Of a stretch of DNA of 50,485 bases, positions 43,696 to 50,485 are shown piece by piece. Positions within the stretch are counted from its first letter, which is position 1. Every line of letters begins with the position of its first letter. Origin of the DNA: a virus. Below the pieces are notes generated by a model that was not told the origin of the DNA, ran no database searches, and saw nothing but the letters and a program-made list of their open reading frames with translations. The position numbers and the translations under genes are program-made. The stretch lies in the IMG/VR virus record IMGVR_UViG_3300023284_000253, positions 1 to 50,485 of that record. One strand, 5' to 3'.

Positions 43696-43938
43696 ATGAC
43701 TACTGCGGAGTATTTAACCACATTAAGTCAAGAAATTTGTCAGGACAATGAATGTACGGAAGATGAGCATAATTGTGAGTCATATGCTTACTTTAACCGG
43801 ACTCCTGAAGGGTCCCATGAGTTGATGGACGTATGTATCTCAGACTATTGTCAATGTTGTTACGACGTTGCCGTACCCATGCCGTTTGAGGGTAATAGTG
43901 ATGATTTGCTCGATCAAATTGAACAGTGGGAAGATTAG
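43696..43938 (+). CDS. acidic Cys-rich small protein (80 aa)
   Basis: Track ORF; conserved initiation region ATAGGGGGACAAACCATG. Confidence 0.7.
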   Translation: MTTAEYLTTLSQEICQDNECTEDEHNCESYAYFNRTPEGSHELMDVCISDYCQCCYDVAVPMPFEGNSDDLLDQIEQWED

Positions 43939-43969
43939 GGACCAATGGTGGCCATAAGGGGGATAAACC

Positions 43970-44251
43970 ATGATAGACTGGAATTCAGTAGATTTGATTG
44001 ATATTGTAGAAGAATACGCGAATAGTCAAAACATGTACATTGGCAATCGTGATTATATGCCATGGATAGAAGCAGAAGGACAACTATCAGAAAGATTTGA
44101 CAGTGAAAATGAAGATTGGTTACACGAACACAGGGACGATGAAATTGCAATAAGTGAAGAGTTTAACAATTGGACAGACGCAATGTGCAAAAATGGGGAC
44201 CTACACCCCGAACAGTATGATAAGTATTGTTACGTAGGTAAGTATTCATAG
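43970..44251 (+). CDS. highly acidic small protein (93 aa)
   Basis: Track ORF; initiation region TAAGGGGGATAAACCATG; about 27 percent D/E. Confidence 0.7.
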   Translation: MIDWNSVDLIDIVEEYANSQNMYIGNRDYMPWIEAEGQLSERFDSENEDWLHEHRDDEIAISEEFNNWTDAMCKNGDLHPEQYDKYCYVGKYS

Positions 44252-44260
44252 GGGGTCAGT

Positions 44261-44431
44261 ATGAAAATTAGACACAACAATAACTGCAAGCGGTTGTTCA
44301 AGCAATATGATACTACATGTGCCCGTTGTCGAGAGTTGAAAGCAGGCGCAGCTCCAAGACCTGTGTGGCATGGCTATCTAGCAGATGAAGGGGCAGCAAG
44401 AATCAGAGAACTACGTAGATTAGGGGTTTAA
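44261..44431 (+). CDS. hypothetical basic small protein (56 aa)
   Basis: Hand-read MKIRHNNNCKRLFKQYDTTCARCRELK...; ATAGGGGGTCAGT precedes the ATG. Confidence 0.5.
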   Translation: MKIRHNNNCKRLFKQYDTTCARCRELKAGAAPRPVWHGYLADEGAARIRELRRLGV

Positions 44432-44434
44432 ATT

Positions 44435-44653
44435 ATGTCTGAACAGACAAATAGTGGTGGTATTGGGTTTTGTGGGCTGTTAGCCGTTGTTTTTATAGCC
44501 CTAAAGCTATGTAAAGTGATAACTTGGTCGTGGTGGTGGGTACTGTCCCCACTCTGGTTAGGATTTGCTATAGCTATGTTGATCCTAGTTGTTTTGTTAA
44601 TTATCAAGAAGCGGTGTTGGCCGCCCTGGAAGATGGTGTGCGGCTGCCAATAG
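44435..44653 (+). CDS. two-TM membrane protein (72 aa)
   Basis: Track ORF. GFCGLLAVVFIALKL and LWLGFAIAMLILVVLLII helices; W-rich connector. Confidence 0.7.
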   Translation: MSEQTNSGGIGFCGLLAVVFIALKLCKVITWSWWWVLSPLWLGFAIAMLILVVLLIIKKRCWPPWKMVCGCQ

Positions 44654-44684
44654 AAACCTGGAACCAAGCAGAAAGGGACAGAAC

Positions 44685-45020
44685 ATGAAAACGAGTAAAT
44701 TAAAATTGGGTATGATTGTCGAATATCGTGATGGACGTAGGCGCATGGTGTTTACGCAAGATGACAAACTTAAATTTAAGGGCTATAGGGGGAACAATAG
44801 TTCACTACATTACAATGATGATTTACTTGATAAAGACGGTGATTCGGGTTTAGACATCGTAAAAGTGTGGTCATCAGATTGCTTTATGTTAAGAGACATT
44901 GACGGAGATCTTGGAACACCAATATGGACTCGTGACCCTGTGATCAAGCTATCTATAGATGGCAAGGATGTCGTGTTGTCTAAAGAATCCGAAGAAAGTA
45001 TTCGTCAATCATTGAAATGA
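44685..45020 (+). CDS. hypothetical protein (111 aa)
   Basis: Track ORF; AAAGGGACAGAAC precedes the ATG. Confidence 0.7.
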   Translation: MKTSKLKLGMIVEYRDGRRRMVFTQDDKLKFKGYRGNNSSLHYNDDLLDKDGDSGLDIVKVWSSDCFMLRDIDGDLGTPIWTRDPVIKLSIDGKDVVLSKESEESIRQSLK

Positions 45021-45133
45021 GCATAGAAACCACTGACCAAATAGACTGGGGACCGCCTACTGTCATTTGCTCTGCGTGCAATTGTGTGCATGTGGACGGG
45101 GATGAGTGTCCAAGCTGTGAAAGGGAAACATGA
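45017..45133 (+). CDS. zinc-ribbon micro-protein (38 aa)
   Basis: Hand-read MSIETTDQIDWGPPTVICSACNCVHVDGDECPSCERET; ATGA overlaps at both ends. Confidence 0.4.
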   Translation: MSIETTDQIDWGPPTVICSACNCVHVDGDECPSCERET

Positions 45134-45948
45134 GCTGCAAAATTATCCAGCATAAATGGCCAGAGTCTCTTGAATTAAATGTTGGTCCGGTTGATCTGAT
45201 CTTTGCTGATCCTCCATACAATCTAGGTGTGAACTATGACAGCGATAAAACTGAAGATCAGCGGGATGAGGTTGATTATCTAAAGTTTTGTTGGGCAACG
45301 TCACGACAGTTACTAGACATACTGAGGCCTGGGGGTACACTATGGTGGTTATGTGACGCAAAAGATCTTATGACACTGACCTGCATTTCGTCTGCGCACG
45401 GCACTTTGTTGAACGGAGCGCCTATCATCTGGCATGAGCGATTTAGTCAATATCAACAGAAACGATTAACTCGTGATTACCGACTGCTTTTTCCTATTGT
45501 CAAACATGGAGCTGAGCCTACTTTTAACCCTGATGTTATTAGGGAACAAAGTGTGCGCCAACAAATGGGGGACAAGAGGGCTGATCCAAGAGGAAAGGTT
45601 CCCGGCCATGTTTGGGAATTTGATGTGCCTATGAACCTGGCAGAAGACGCTTATGAATTGGTAGATAGTGTGTGGAGAGTACGCCGACTGCAAGGAACAT
45701 CCAATGACCGTGTCAAATGGCACCCGGCACAACTACCCCCTGAACCTTTAGAACGCATTGTAAAGGGCTGGACTAATAAAAGAGATATTGTGCTAGACGC
45801 CTTTGCTGGCTCTGGAAACATGGGGTTAGTGTGTCAAAAGCTTGATCGTGAGTGTATTTTAGTGGATCAGTCTGAGAAATACTGTCAAAATATGGATGAG
45901 CGGTTGTTTGGAGTAGGACCATACCATGATCGACCTAGAACTTCGTAA
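45130..45948 (+). CDS. DNA methyltransferase (N6-adenine/N4-cytosine, beta class)
   Basis: Motif IV IFADPPYN lies upstream of motif I VLDAFAGSGN. No cognate restriction gene nearby. Confidence 0.85.
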   Translation: MSCKIIQHKWPESLELNVGPVDLIFADPPYNLGVNYDSDKTEDQRDEVDYLKFCWATSRQLLDILRPGGTLWWLCDAKDLMTLTCISSAHGTLLNGAPIIWHERFSQYQQKRLTRDYRLLFPIVKHGAEPTFNPDVIREQSVRQQMGDKRADPRGKVPGHVWEFDVPMNLAEDAYELVDSVWRVRRLQGTSNDRVKWHPAQLPPEPLERIVKGWTNKRDIVLDAFAGSGNMGLVCQKLDRECILVDQSEKYCQNMDERLFGVGPYHDRPRTS

Positions 45949-46093
45949 TTGGCGATGCTGTTCTTGTCGCAAAGTGTTTCGTGTGGTGAAAGAACCCCCT
46001 GTTCTATGCACAGTGTTAGGGTCTTATTGCAGTGTGTGCCGAGATTCTTTGGAAGAAAAAGAAATAGTGGTTGACATGCCACGTAATAACTGA
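45926..46093 (+). CDS. Cys-rich small protein (55 aa)
   Basis: Hand-read MIDLELRNWRCCSCRKVF...CSVCRDSLEE...; overlaps the MTase 3' end by 23 nt. Confidence 0.4.
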   Translation: MIDLELRNWRCCSCRKVFRVVKEPPVLCTVLGSYCSVCRDSLEEKEIVVDMPRNN

Positions 46094-46105
46094 TAGGATA
46101 TAGAA

Positions 46106-46498
46106 ATGATATCTCTAAAATCCTTCATCATTGGCAGCAGCGATCCTAACAAGTTCACCCCTGGCTGCGCTGACCTGGACCGACACCGACCTGGAGACTG
46201 TTTTAGACACGGAACTTGTGTGGTGATGGACGGTCAGTCTTGTCTGTATTTTGAGAAGGCAGTTCTTCCCACTGCGGCTGAAACGGGAAAGATCATGGAA
46301 ATGACGGCCCTCTATGAAGCTAAAGTGGGAAAAATGGCCCGTCCAACCAAGGGAATGGCACGTGCTGACCAGAGATTATGTGACTGCGGCGCACCCTTGG
46401 CACCGAAGCGAAGATACTGTGAGAAATGCCGGAAAAGACGTGCCAGAGAGACTTACAAGCTGAGTAAGAGACGATCAAGGCACAGTGTCCAGAGTTAA
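46106..46498 (+). CDS. Cys-rich VLP-motif protein with basic C-terminus
   Basis: CFRHGTCVVMDGQSCLYFEKAVLPTAAE resembles the cysteine-rich VLP domain. C-terminus RRYCEKCRKRRARETYKLSKRRSR. Confidence 0.55.
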   Translation: MISLKSFIIGSSDPNKFTPGCADLDRHRPGDCFRHGTCVVMDGQSCLYFEKAVLPTAAETGKIMEMTALYEAKVGKMARPTKGMARADQRLCDCGAPLAPKRRYCEKCRKRRARETYKLSKRRSRHSVQS

Positions 46499-46634
46499 GC
46501 ATTTTGACCTCTTGTCAATAAAGGACTTATGAGCGTTTATTTGAAGTATTGGTCATATGGGTGCCAGAAGCCAAATGTCCAGAGTTAATATGAAAAATGA
46601 GGCTAACAGAAAGAATGAAAAGAAAGGGCATAAA

Positions 46635-46928
46635 ATGTTTGAATTTCTAAATGATATCGGTAATTATAGTCAAAGAGTTGTAGCCCGACATGATCGTGAA
46701 GATGGGATTACGGTGTCTACTGTTTACTCGTCTGATGAAGGCTATGAGACTGCCCTATTAGATGTAAACGGTACTTATCCCGTGGAGAGATATGAAACCA
46801 AAGAACAGGCGGCCAGTGGGCATGAGAAATGGGTAGAATTCTCTAAAGATGGGTCGGGTAAGACTATAATGCAGTTGGGCGGTATGGGTGGTCTTGTAGG
46901 ACCAGAAGAAATAATTCTTGAGACATAA
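46635..46928 (+). CDS. hypothetical protein (97 aa)
   Basis: Internal ATG of track ORF 46557..46928, behind AAAGGGCATAAA. Confidence 0.6.
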   Translation: MFEFLNDIGNYSQRVVARHDREDGITVSTVYSSDEGYETALLDVNGTYPVERYETKEQAASGHEKWVEFSKDGSGKTIMQLGGMGGLVGPEEIILET

Positions 46929-46976
46929 ACCTCCTTCAGCTCGGGTCCAATTGAGCGAAAAAGAAAGACTGGACAT

Positions 46977-47074
46977 GGACAGGTGGCATTGACGGGATAC
47001 AGTTTCCCTGGATCTCAATGCTAGGGCAGTGGTGAGTGTAACCCGCTGATGAGGGTTAAAATCCCTCCCTGTCC
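46977..47074 (+). ncRNA. Candidate structured RNA (cloverleaf-like four-way junction) with T-run
   Basis: Closing stem GGACAGG/CCTGTCC. Arms GCATTGA...TCAATGC, CAGTGG...CCGCTG and GAGGG-TTAAAAT-CCCTC. Followed by TTTTTATTGATTCTATTTTTTTT. Not a canonical tRNA. Confidence 0.35.
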
Positions 47075-47108
47075 TTTTTATTGATTCTATTTTTTTTCAG
47101 GAGAAAAC

Positions 47109-47318
47109 ATGAATAATAAGAAAGAATATAGCGTCACCCAGATAACCGTCATACCTCCTACAGACGGTGTGATTGTTAGAGTGGGTAGTTTAACCGTTAT
47201 CATAAAGGAACAGGTTAACAACGATTCAGATATTCAAGAGGTTGCAAAGGCGTTTAGGCTCGCTTTGCAGGCAATGACCTATTCAGATGTGGTGATAGAC
47301 CAGATCATGGTCGAATAG
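47109..47318 (+). CDS. hypothetical protein (69 aa)
   Basis: Track ORF; CAGGAGAAAAC precedes the ATG. Confidence 0.7.
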   Translation: MNNKKEYSVTQITVIPPTDGVIVRVGSLTVIIKEQVNNDSDIQEVAKAFRLALQAMTYSDVVIDQIMVE

Positions 47319-47326
47319 GACTGAAT

Positions 47327-47439
47327 CCTCTCAGAGGCCGTAGGAGCCTGTTGGGCGATCGATCTCCTTTGAAGGCTGTTGGGTAGCCATAAACAGAGAT
47401 CGTGCCTTGTACCCCATCTCACGGGCTCTCAGATGGAAG
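47327..47439 (+). repeat. Intergenic structured repeat, copy C
   Basis: CCTCTCAGAGG; hairpins AGGC-GCCT and CGATCTC-GAGATCG; GGGTAGCCATAAACAGAGATCGTGCCTTGTACC; CACGGGCTCTCAGATGGAAG. Lies 22 nt upstream of ATG 47461. Confidence 0.85.
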
Positions 47440-47460
47440 CTGTAGTAAATGAGGTGATAC

Positions 47461-47625
47461 ATGAGCCGGATTCATGATGAAATAACTAAATATGACTGGG
47501 GAGACGACACACCGGAGCATAAAACAACCTACGCCCTGATTGCATTGATTGAACATCTAGAGGATAGGGGCATTTTAAGTGAGACCGATGTTGACAAACT
47601 CCTAGAGAGAATGTGGAATTTATAG
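47461..47625 (+). CDS. hypothetical small protein (54 aa)
   Basis: Hand-read MSRIHDEITKYDWGDDTPEHKTTYALIALIEHLEDRG...; GAGGTGATAC precedes the ATG. Confidence 0.5.
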   Translation: MSRIHDEITKYDWGDDTPEHKTTYALIALIEHLEDRGILSETDVDKLLERMWNL

Positions 47626-47642
47626 CCTAATGAAAGGGAAAT

Positions 47643-48008
47643 ATGATGATCACACTAAAGACATTACCCAAAGCATCAATACAGCGAGTGTTTAACCAGG
47701 TAGCAAACCATTTGTTGAAGCAAGGACGGAAGGCGAGCAAGAATGGATTATGTCAGTATCTTACTAAAGACGGATCAAAGTGTGGAATAGGGTCTCTGAT
47801 AGGAAAACGGGAATATAAACCTATCTGGGAGGGACAGGGCTGGCAAGGACCTCTTAACTTTGGTAGAGATTGTAACATACCGTATTCGTTTTTTGAGGAG
47901 ATTCAAACATTGCACGATGACACGAATGCTCGGTCATGGCGAAAAGGCTTGAAAAGCATTACGGACCGATTCGGGCTGTCTACCAGATGGATGAAGGAGA
48001 AAAGATGA
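47643..48008 (+). CDS. hypothetical protein (121 aa)
   Basis: Track ORF; AAAGGGAAAT precedes the ATG. Confidence 0.7.
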   Translation: MMITLKTLPKASIQRVFNQVANHLLKQGRKASKNGLCQYLTKDGSKCGIGSLIGKREYKPIWEGQGWQGPLNFGRDCNIPYSFFEEIQTLHDDTNARSWRKGLKSITDRFGLSTRWMKEKR

Positions 48009-48208
48009 ATGAACAAACAATACAAATGATTCTGCAATTGGCTGAACAGGGAGGGTCAATGGCTTTATGGATGTTTATGGTGGCGCAGCTTAGACCTATA
48101 ATTATATATGGAATGTTTTTTGGGTCCGCATTGTGGGGAGTTGCTCTTATTTGTAAAGCTTTTTATCATGGGTTTGAGGTGACAGACCGCAACAATAAGA
48201 GGGATTGA
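48005..48208 (+). CDS. two-TM membrane protein (67 aa)
   Basis: Internal ATG of track ORF 47936..48208 with ATGA overlap. MALWMFMVAQLRPIIIYGMFFGSALWGVALICKAF. Confidence 0.55.
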   Translation: MNEQTIQMILQLAEQGGSMALWMFMVAQLRPIIIYGMFFGSALWGVALICKAFYHGFEVTDRNNKRD

Positions 48209-48210
48209 GG

Positions 48211-48378
48211 ATGAGCGGTCTAACTGAACGAGGGCACAGGCTGATAACCCCGGAAGAGTGTGGATGCGATGACTATTATTGCAACATTTGTATTGGCGGG
48301 TTAGGAATTTGCAAATGGTGTAATGCCGCAGAGATTGAGCTAGAGCAACAAGATTGTCCAGGAGACCCCAATGTCTGA
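48211..48378 (+). CDS. Cys-rich small protein (55 aa)
   Basis: Hand-read MSGLTERGHRLITPEECGCDDYYCNICIGGLGICKWCN...; overlaps the recA start. Confidence 0.45.
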   Translation: MSGLTERGHRLITPEECGCDDYYCNICIGGLGICKWCNAAEIELEQQDCPGDPNV

Positions 48379-49285
48379 CCTGATTAAGAACATCCAGCAG
48401 CAATTCGGCGCAGAGGCTCTCCTAGACATGTTCACTGGAGGACCAAAGGTGGAGACCATTTCCACTGGCATTCCCACTGTGGACCATGTTCTAGGAGGTG
48501 GTGTGCCGAAAGGCAGGTTCATTGAGATTTATGGCCCCGAGTCATCTGGCAAAACCACACTTGCGCTGTCCATCATGGCACAGACAGAAGGACAGGTGGG
48601 GATGATCGATGCAGAGCACAGCTTTAATCCGGTCTGGGCGCAAAAACTAGGGCTTGATCCAGATAGACTTTTATTATGTCAGCCCAATTGTGGTGAACAG
48701 GGTTTGTCAGTTGCGGGGGCGTTAGCAGAATCAGGAGAGGTTCCGGTGGTGCTCATTGATTCCGTAGCTGCGCTGGTTCCTAAAGCAGAGCTGATGGGTG
48801 GTTTTGGGGAGGCGCACATTGGGCTTCAGGCGCGACTGATGGGGCAAGCGATGCGCAAGCTGTGCCCTGTGTGTGCTCATAGTGGGTGTACCATGCTCTG
48901 GATAAATCAACTAAGGTACAAGGTCGGAGTAATCTGGGGCAGCCCTGAAACGACAAGTGGTGGAAATGCACTAAAGTTTTATGCTTCACAGAGAATTGAC
49001 CTAAGAAAGGGTAAGAAAGAGGAGGCTTCACAGGAGGTTAAAGTCAAAGTACCCAAGAACAAGACCGGGACACCGTTCAGATCTACCACGTTTGACATTT
49101 ATTTTGAGCGGGGAATAGGAAAAGAAGAGAATTTGATTGACTTGTGCGTAGAACTTGGTACAATAGAGAAGGCTGGGGCTTGGTTCAGGTATGGTGAGAT
49201 CAAGCTTGGACAAGGCAAAATCAAAAGTGCAATGTTCCTTCGGGATAACCCAGAATTGGTAATAGAATTGAAAGATAAGATATGA
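48371..49285 (+). CDS. recA: RecA recombinase
   Basis: ETISTGIPTVDHVLGGGVPKGRFIEIYGPESSGKTTLAL (Walker A), VVLIDSVAALVPKAEL (Walker B), GLQARLMGQAMRKL, GGNALKFYASQRIDLR. Confidence 0.92.
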   Translation: MSDLIKNIQQQFGAEALLDMFTGGPKVETISTGIPTVDHVLGGGVPKGRFIEIYGPESSGKTTLALSIMAQTEGQVGMIDAEHSFNPVWAQKLGLDPDRLLLCQPNCGEQGLSVAGALAESGEVPVVLIDSVAALVPKAELMGGFGEAHIGLQARLMGQAMRKLCPVCAHSGCTMLWINQLRYKVGVIWGSPETTSGGNALKFYASQRIDLRKGKKEEASQEVKVKVPKNKTGTPFRSTTFDIYFERGIGKEENLIDLCVELGTIEKAGAWFRYGEIKLGQGKIKSAMFLRDNPELVIELKDKI

Positions 49286-49512
49286 GTGATTTTCCCCCAG
49301 GCAAAACAGAAAAAGATAAGCCAATCAAGATGTTTGAGTTTCATTGTCCCGACTGTGGAAAACAAGGAGGACATTCGTTTCTGTTTGAAGACGGTTCCGA
49401 GTGGGGTCAATTTATACCAGGGCTAGAAAATAAGTTGGTGTATGAGAAAGGTTGCACGACGTCCACTACCGGGTGGGTGGAGTTGACCGGACATGTAGAA
49501 AGAAATTTATGA
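49282..49512 (+). CDS. hypothetical protein (76 aa) with CPDCG motif
   Basis: Track ORF; ATGA overlap with recA. Confidence 0.65.
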   Translation: MSDFPPGKTEKDKPIKMFEFHCPDCGKQGGHSFLFEDGSEWGQFIPGLENKLVYEKGCTTSTTGWVELTGHVERNL

Positions 49513-49524
49513 AAGGAAAGACCC

Positions 49525-49866
49525 ATGAGATTTGACGATGAAGGTTTAGTGCATTACAACAATGAAGATATACGGGATTTTGCGTGTGGTACAATAATGG
49601 CTGCATCTAGAACAACCCAAGCAGCCAAAGAATGGGTGGACCGACAATGGACTCCTCCCAAGATAGGGGATAGGTTTACTACGAATGGAGTTGGAAATGT
49701 TTACATGCTTTGTCATGTCGATAACCAGTGTGTCTTAATCGAACATACCGACGGAAGAAATTGGCGGTCTCCTGTTGCAATTAAAAGCGTCCGTAATATA
49801 ACAAAACAAGAATGGGACGGAATTGCTGGAACTACATACACATTCACCCCATTGGATAAAACATAA
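49525..49866 (+). CDS. hypothetical protein (113 aa)
   Basis: Track ORF; AAAGGAAAGACCC precedes the ATG. Confidence 0.7.
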   Translation: MRFDDEGLVHYNNEDIRDFACGTIMAASRTTQAAKEWVDRQWTPPKIGDRFTTNGVGNVYMLCHVDNQCVLIEHTDGRNWRSPVAIKSVRNITKQEWDGIAGTTYTFTPLDKT

Positions 49867-50039
49867 TGAAGATGGTAGTGCAGATTGAAACAGATAGCAG
49901 AAACCGAGTACATATAAACCTGTCGGTGACGTATGGTATAACTACAGTGCGAAAAACAGGGACATGTTCCTTGGATCAAGCGTCAGCGACACTGAAGAAC
50001 ATGATAGATCGATGGAACGCAGAAGGAGATACTAATGAC
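49866..50039 (+). CDS. hypothetical small protein (57 aa)
   Basis: Hand-read MKMVVQIETDSRNRVHINLSVTYGITTVRK...; overlaps the stop and start of its neighbours. Confidence 0.45.
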
Positions 50040-50325
50040 TAACGCTGAACTGTTTAAGGAGCATAAAGACTTCTTGAAGTTCGAGAAGGTGACGCGCAGC
50101 CGAACCAGCCGTCCAGACCTGCACGCTTTTCTTCTGCTGGACGAGTTGTTTCCACAAAGGATTGAATGTACCGGAGATTTGATAGACGGAGCTGAACACG
50201 ATCAAATATGGCTTAGCGTCAAGGAACATCAGATTCAACAGTTGACCCCAGAGCAGATAGCAGAGTTGTCTATGTGCGGTGTTTGGTATGATGAAGAATG
50301 TGACAGTTTGACCATGTACGTATAG
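50035..50325 (+). CDS. hypothetical protein (96 aa)
   Basis: Track ORF; AAGGAGATACTA precedes the ATG. Confidence 0.7.
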   Translation: MTNAELFKEHKDFLKFEKVTRSRTSRPDLHAFLLLDELFPQRIECTGDLIDGAEHDQIWLSVKEHQIQQLTPEQIAELSMCGVWYDEECDSLTMYV

Positions 50326-50333
50326 GAGATACT

Positions 50334-50485
50334 GTGAAATACACAAACAAATACGATTTACCCCCACATATAATTGATATGTTAAATCTGTCTGAGCGTC
50401 CAGAAGAGGGGGTGATTCGTATAACGTCATTGATCGATAGCCCTTTGATCCGACGGCTGATGATTGACAAGTGGGACCAGATCAC
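50334..50485 (+). CDS. 5' part of the PD-(D/E)XK nuclease gene (continues as 2..937 after circularisation)
   Basis: GTG 50334 lies 4 nt after GGAGA, in frame with ATG 50379 (equivalent to 38). VKYTNKYDLPPHIIDMLNLSERPEEG... Confidence 0.6.
   Translation, partial: MKYTNKYDLPPHIIDMLNLSERPEEGVIRITSLIDSPLIRRLMIDKWDQI
50342..50485. repeat. Terminal direct repeat, right copy
   Basis: Identical to bases 1-144. Confidence 0.9.

Noticed and set aside
46977-47074. Possible tRNA or hammerhead ribozyme. There is a T-arm-like GAGGGTTAAAATCCCTC and a CTGATGAG motif at 47046-47053.
   Set aside because: No 7-nt anticodon loop or D-arm can be drawn, and the element is 98 nt long. The CUGAUGA-stem II unit is not followed by the obligatory GAAA. 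It is kept only as an unclassified structured-RNA candidate.
1-50485. Searched by eye for a CRISPR array, integrase or excisionase, reverse transcriptase/DGR, toxin-antitoxin pair, canonical tRNAs and a phage RNA polymerase.
   Set aside because: I found no regularly spaced short repeats. No ORF carries tyrosine or serine recombinase motifs, a YxDD motif or single-subunit RNA polymerase motifs. The paralog pairs (17389/19006 and 13405/13959) are ordinary gene duplicates, not template/variable repeats with adenine-specific differences.

Overview
The window is a complete, terminally redundant dsDNA phage genome. Bases 1-144 are identical to 50342-50485, giving a unit length of 50,341 bp. I cannot name a close relative. 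The gene order suggests a lytic, podovirus-like phage.

Two divergent arms leave a ~0.6 kb control region at 34.4-35.1 kb.
- The minus-strand morphogenesis arm runs from 34419 down to 7411. It encodes small and large terminase, portal, a membrane-anchored trypsin-like protease, scaffold, capsid, LamG proteins, a 7-blade propeller protein, internal/tail proteins and a 1052-aa giant.
- The plus-strand early/replication arm runs from 35077 across the terminal repeat to 7422. It encodes two tandem sigma-region-2-like proteins, family A DNA polymerase, MazG, a DUF5664-like protein, a DEDD exonuclease, a SLOG/DUF2493 protein, a DPPY methyltransferase, RecA, a Cas4-like PD-(D/E)XK nuclease, a CHC2-TOPRIM primase, a DraRnl-type RNA ligase, HNH proteins and many small ORFs.

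Most notable observations:
- A family of five ~105-nt hairpin-containing intergenic repeats, all in plus orientation. Three sit immediately upstream of small ORFs.
- A ~98-nt cloverleaf-like structured element followed by a T-run.
- A 1.3-kb low-coding stretch with direct repeats and a CT-rich tract.
- Two Endonuclease-VII-type HNH cassettes inserted in the head module.

I saw no integrase, phage RNA polymerase, canonical tRNA, CRISPR array, reverse transcriptase or recognisable endolysin.

Coordinates of ORFs shorter than 60 aa were read by eye and may be off by a base or so.
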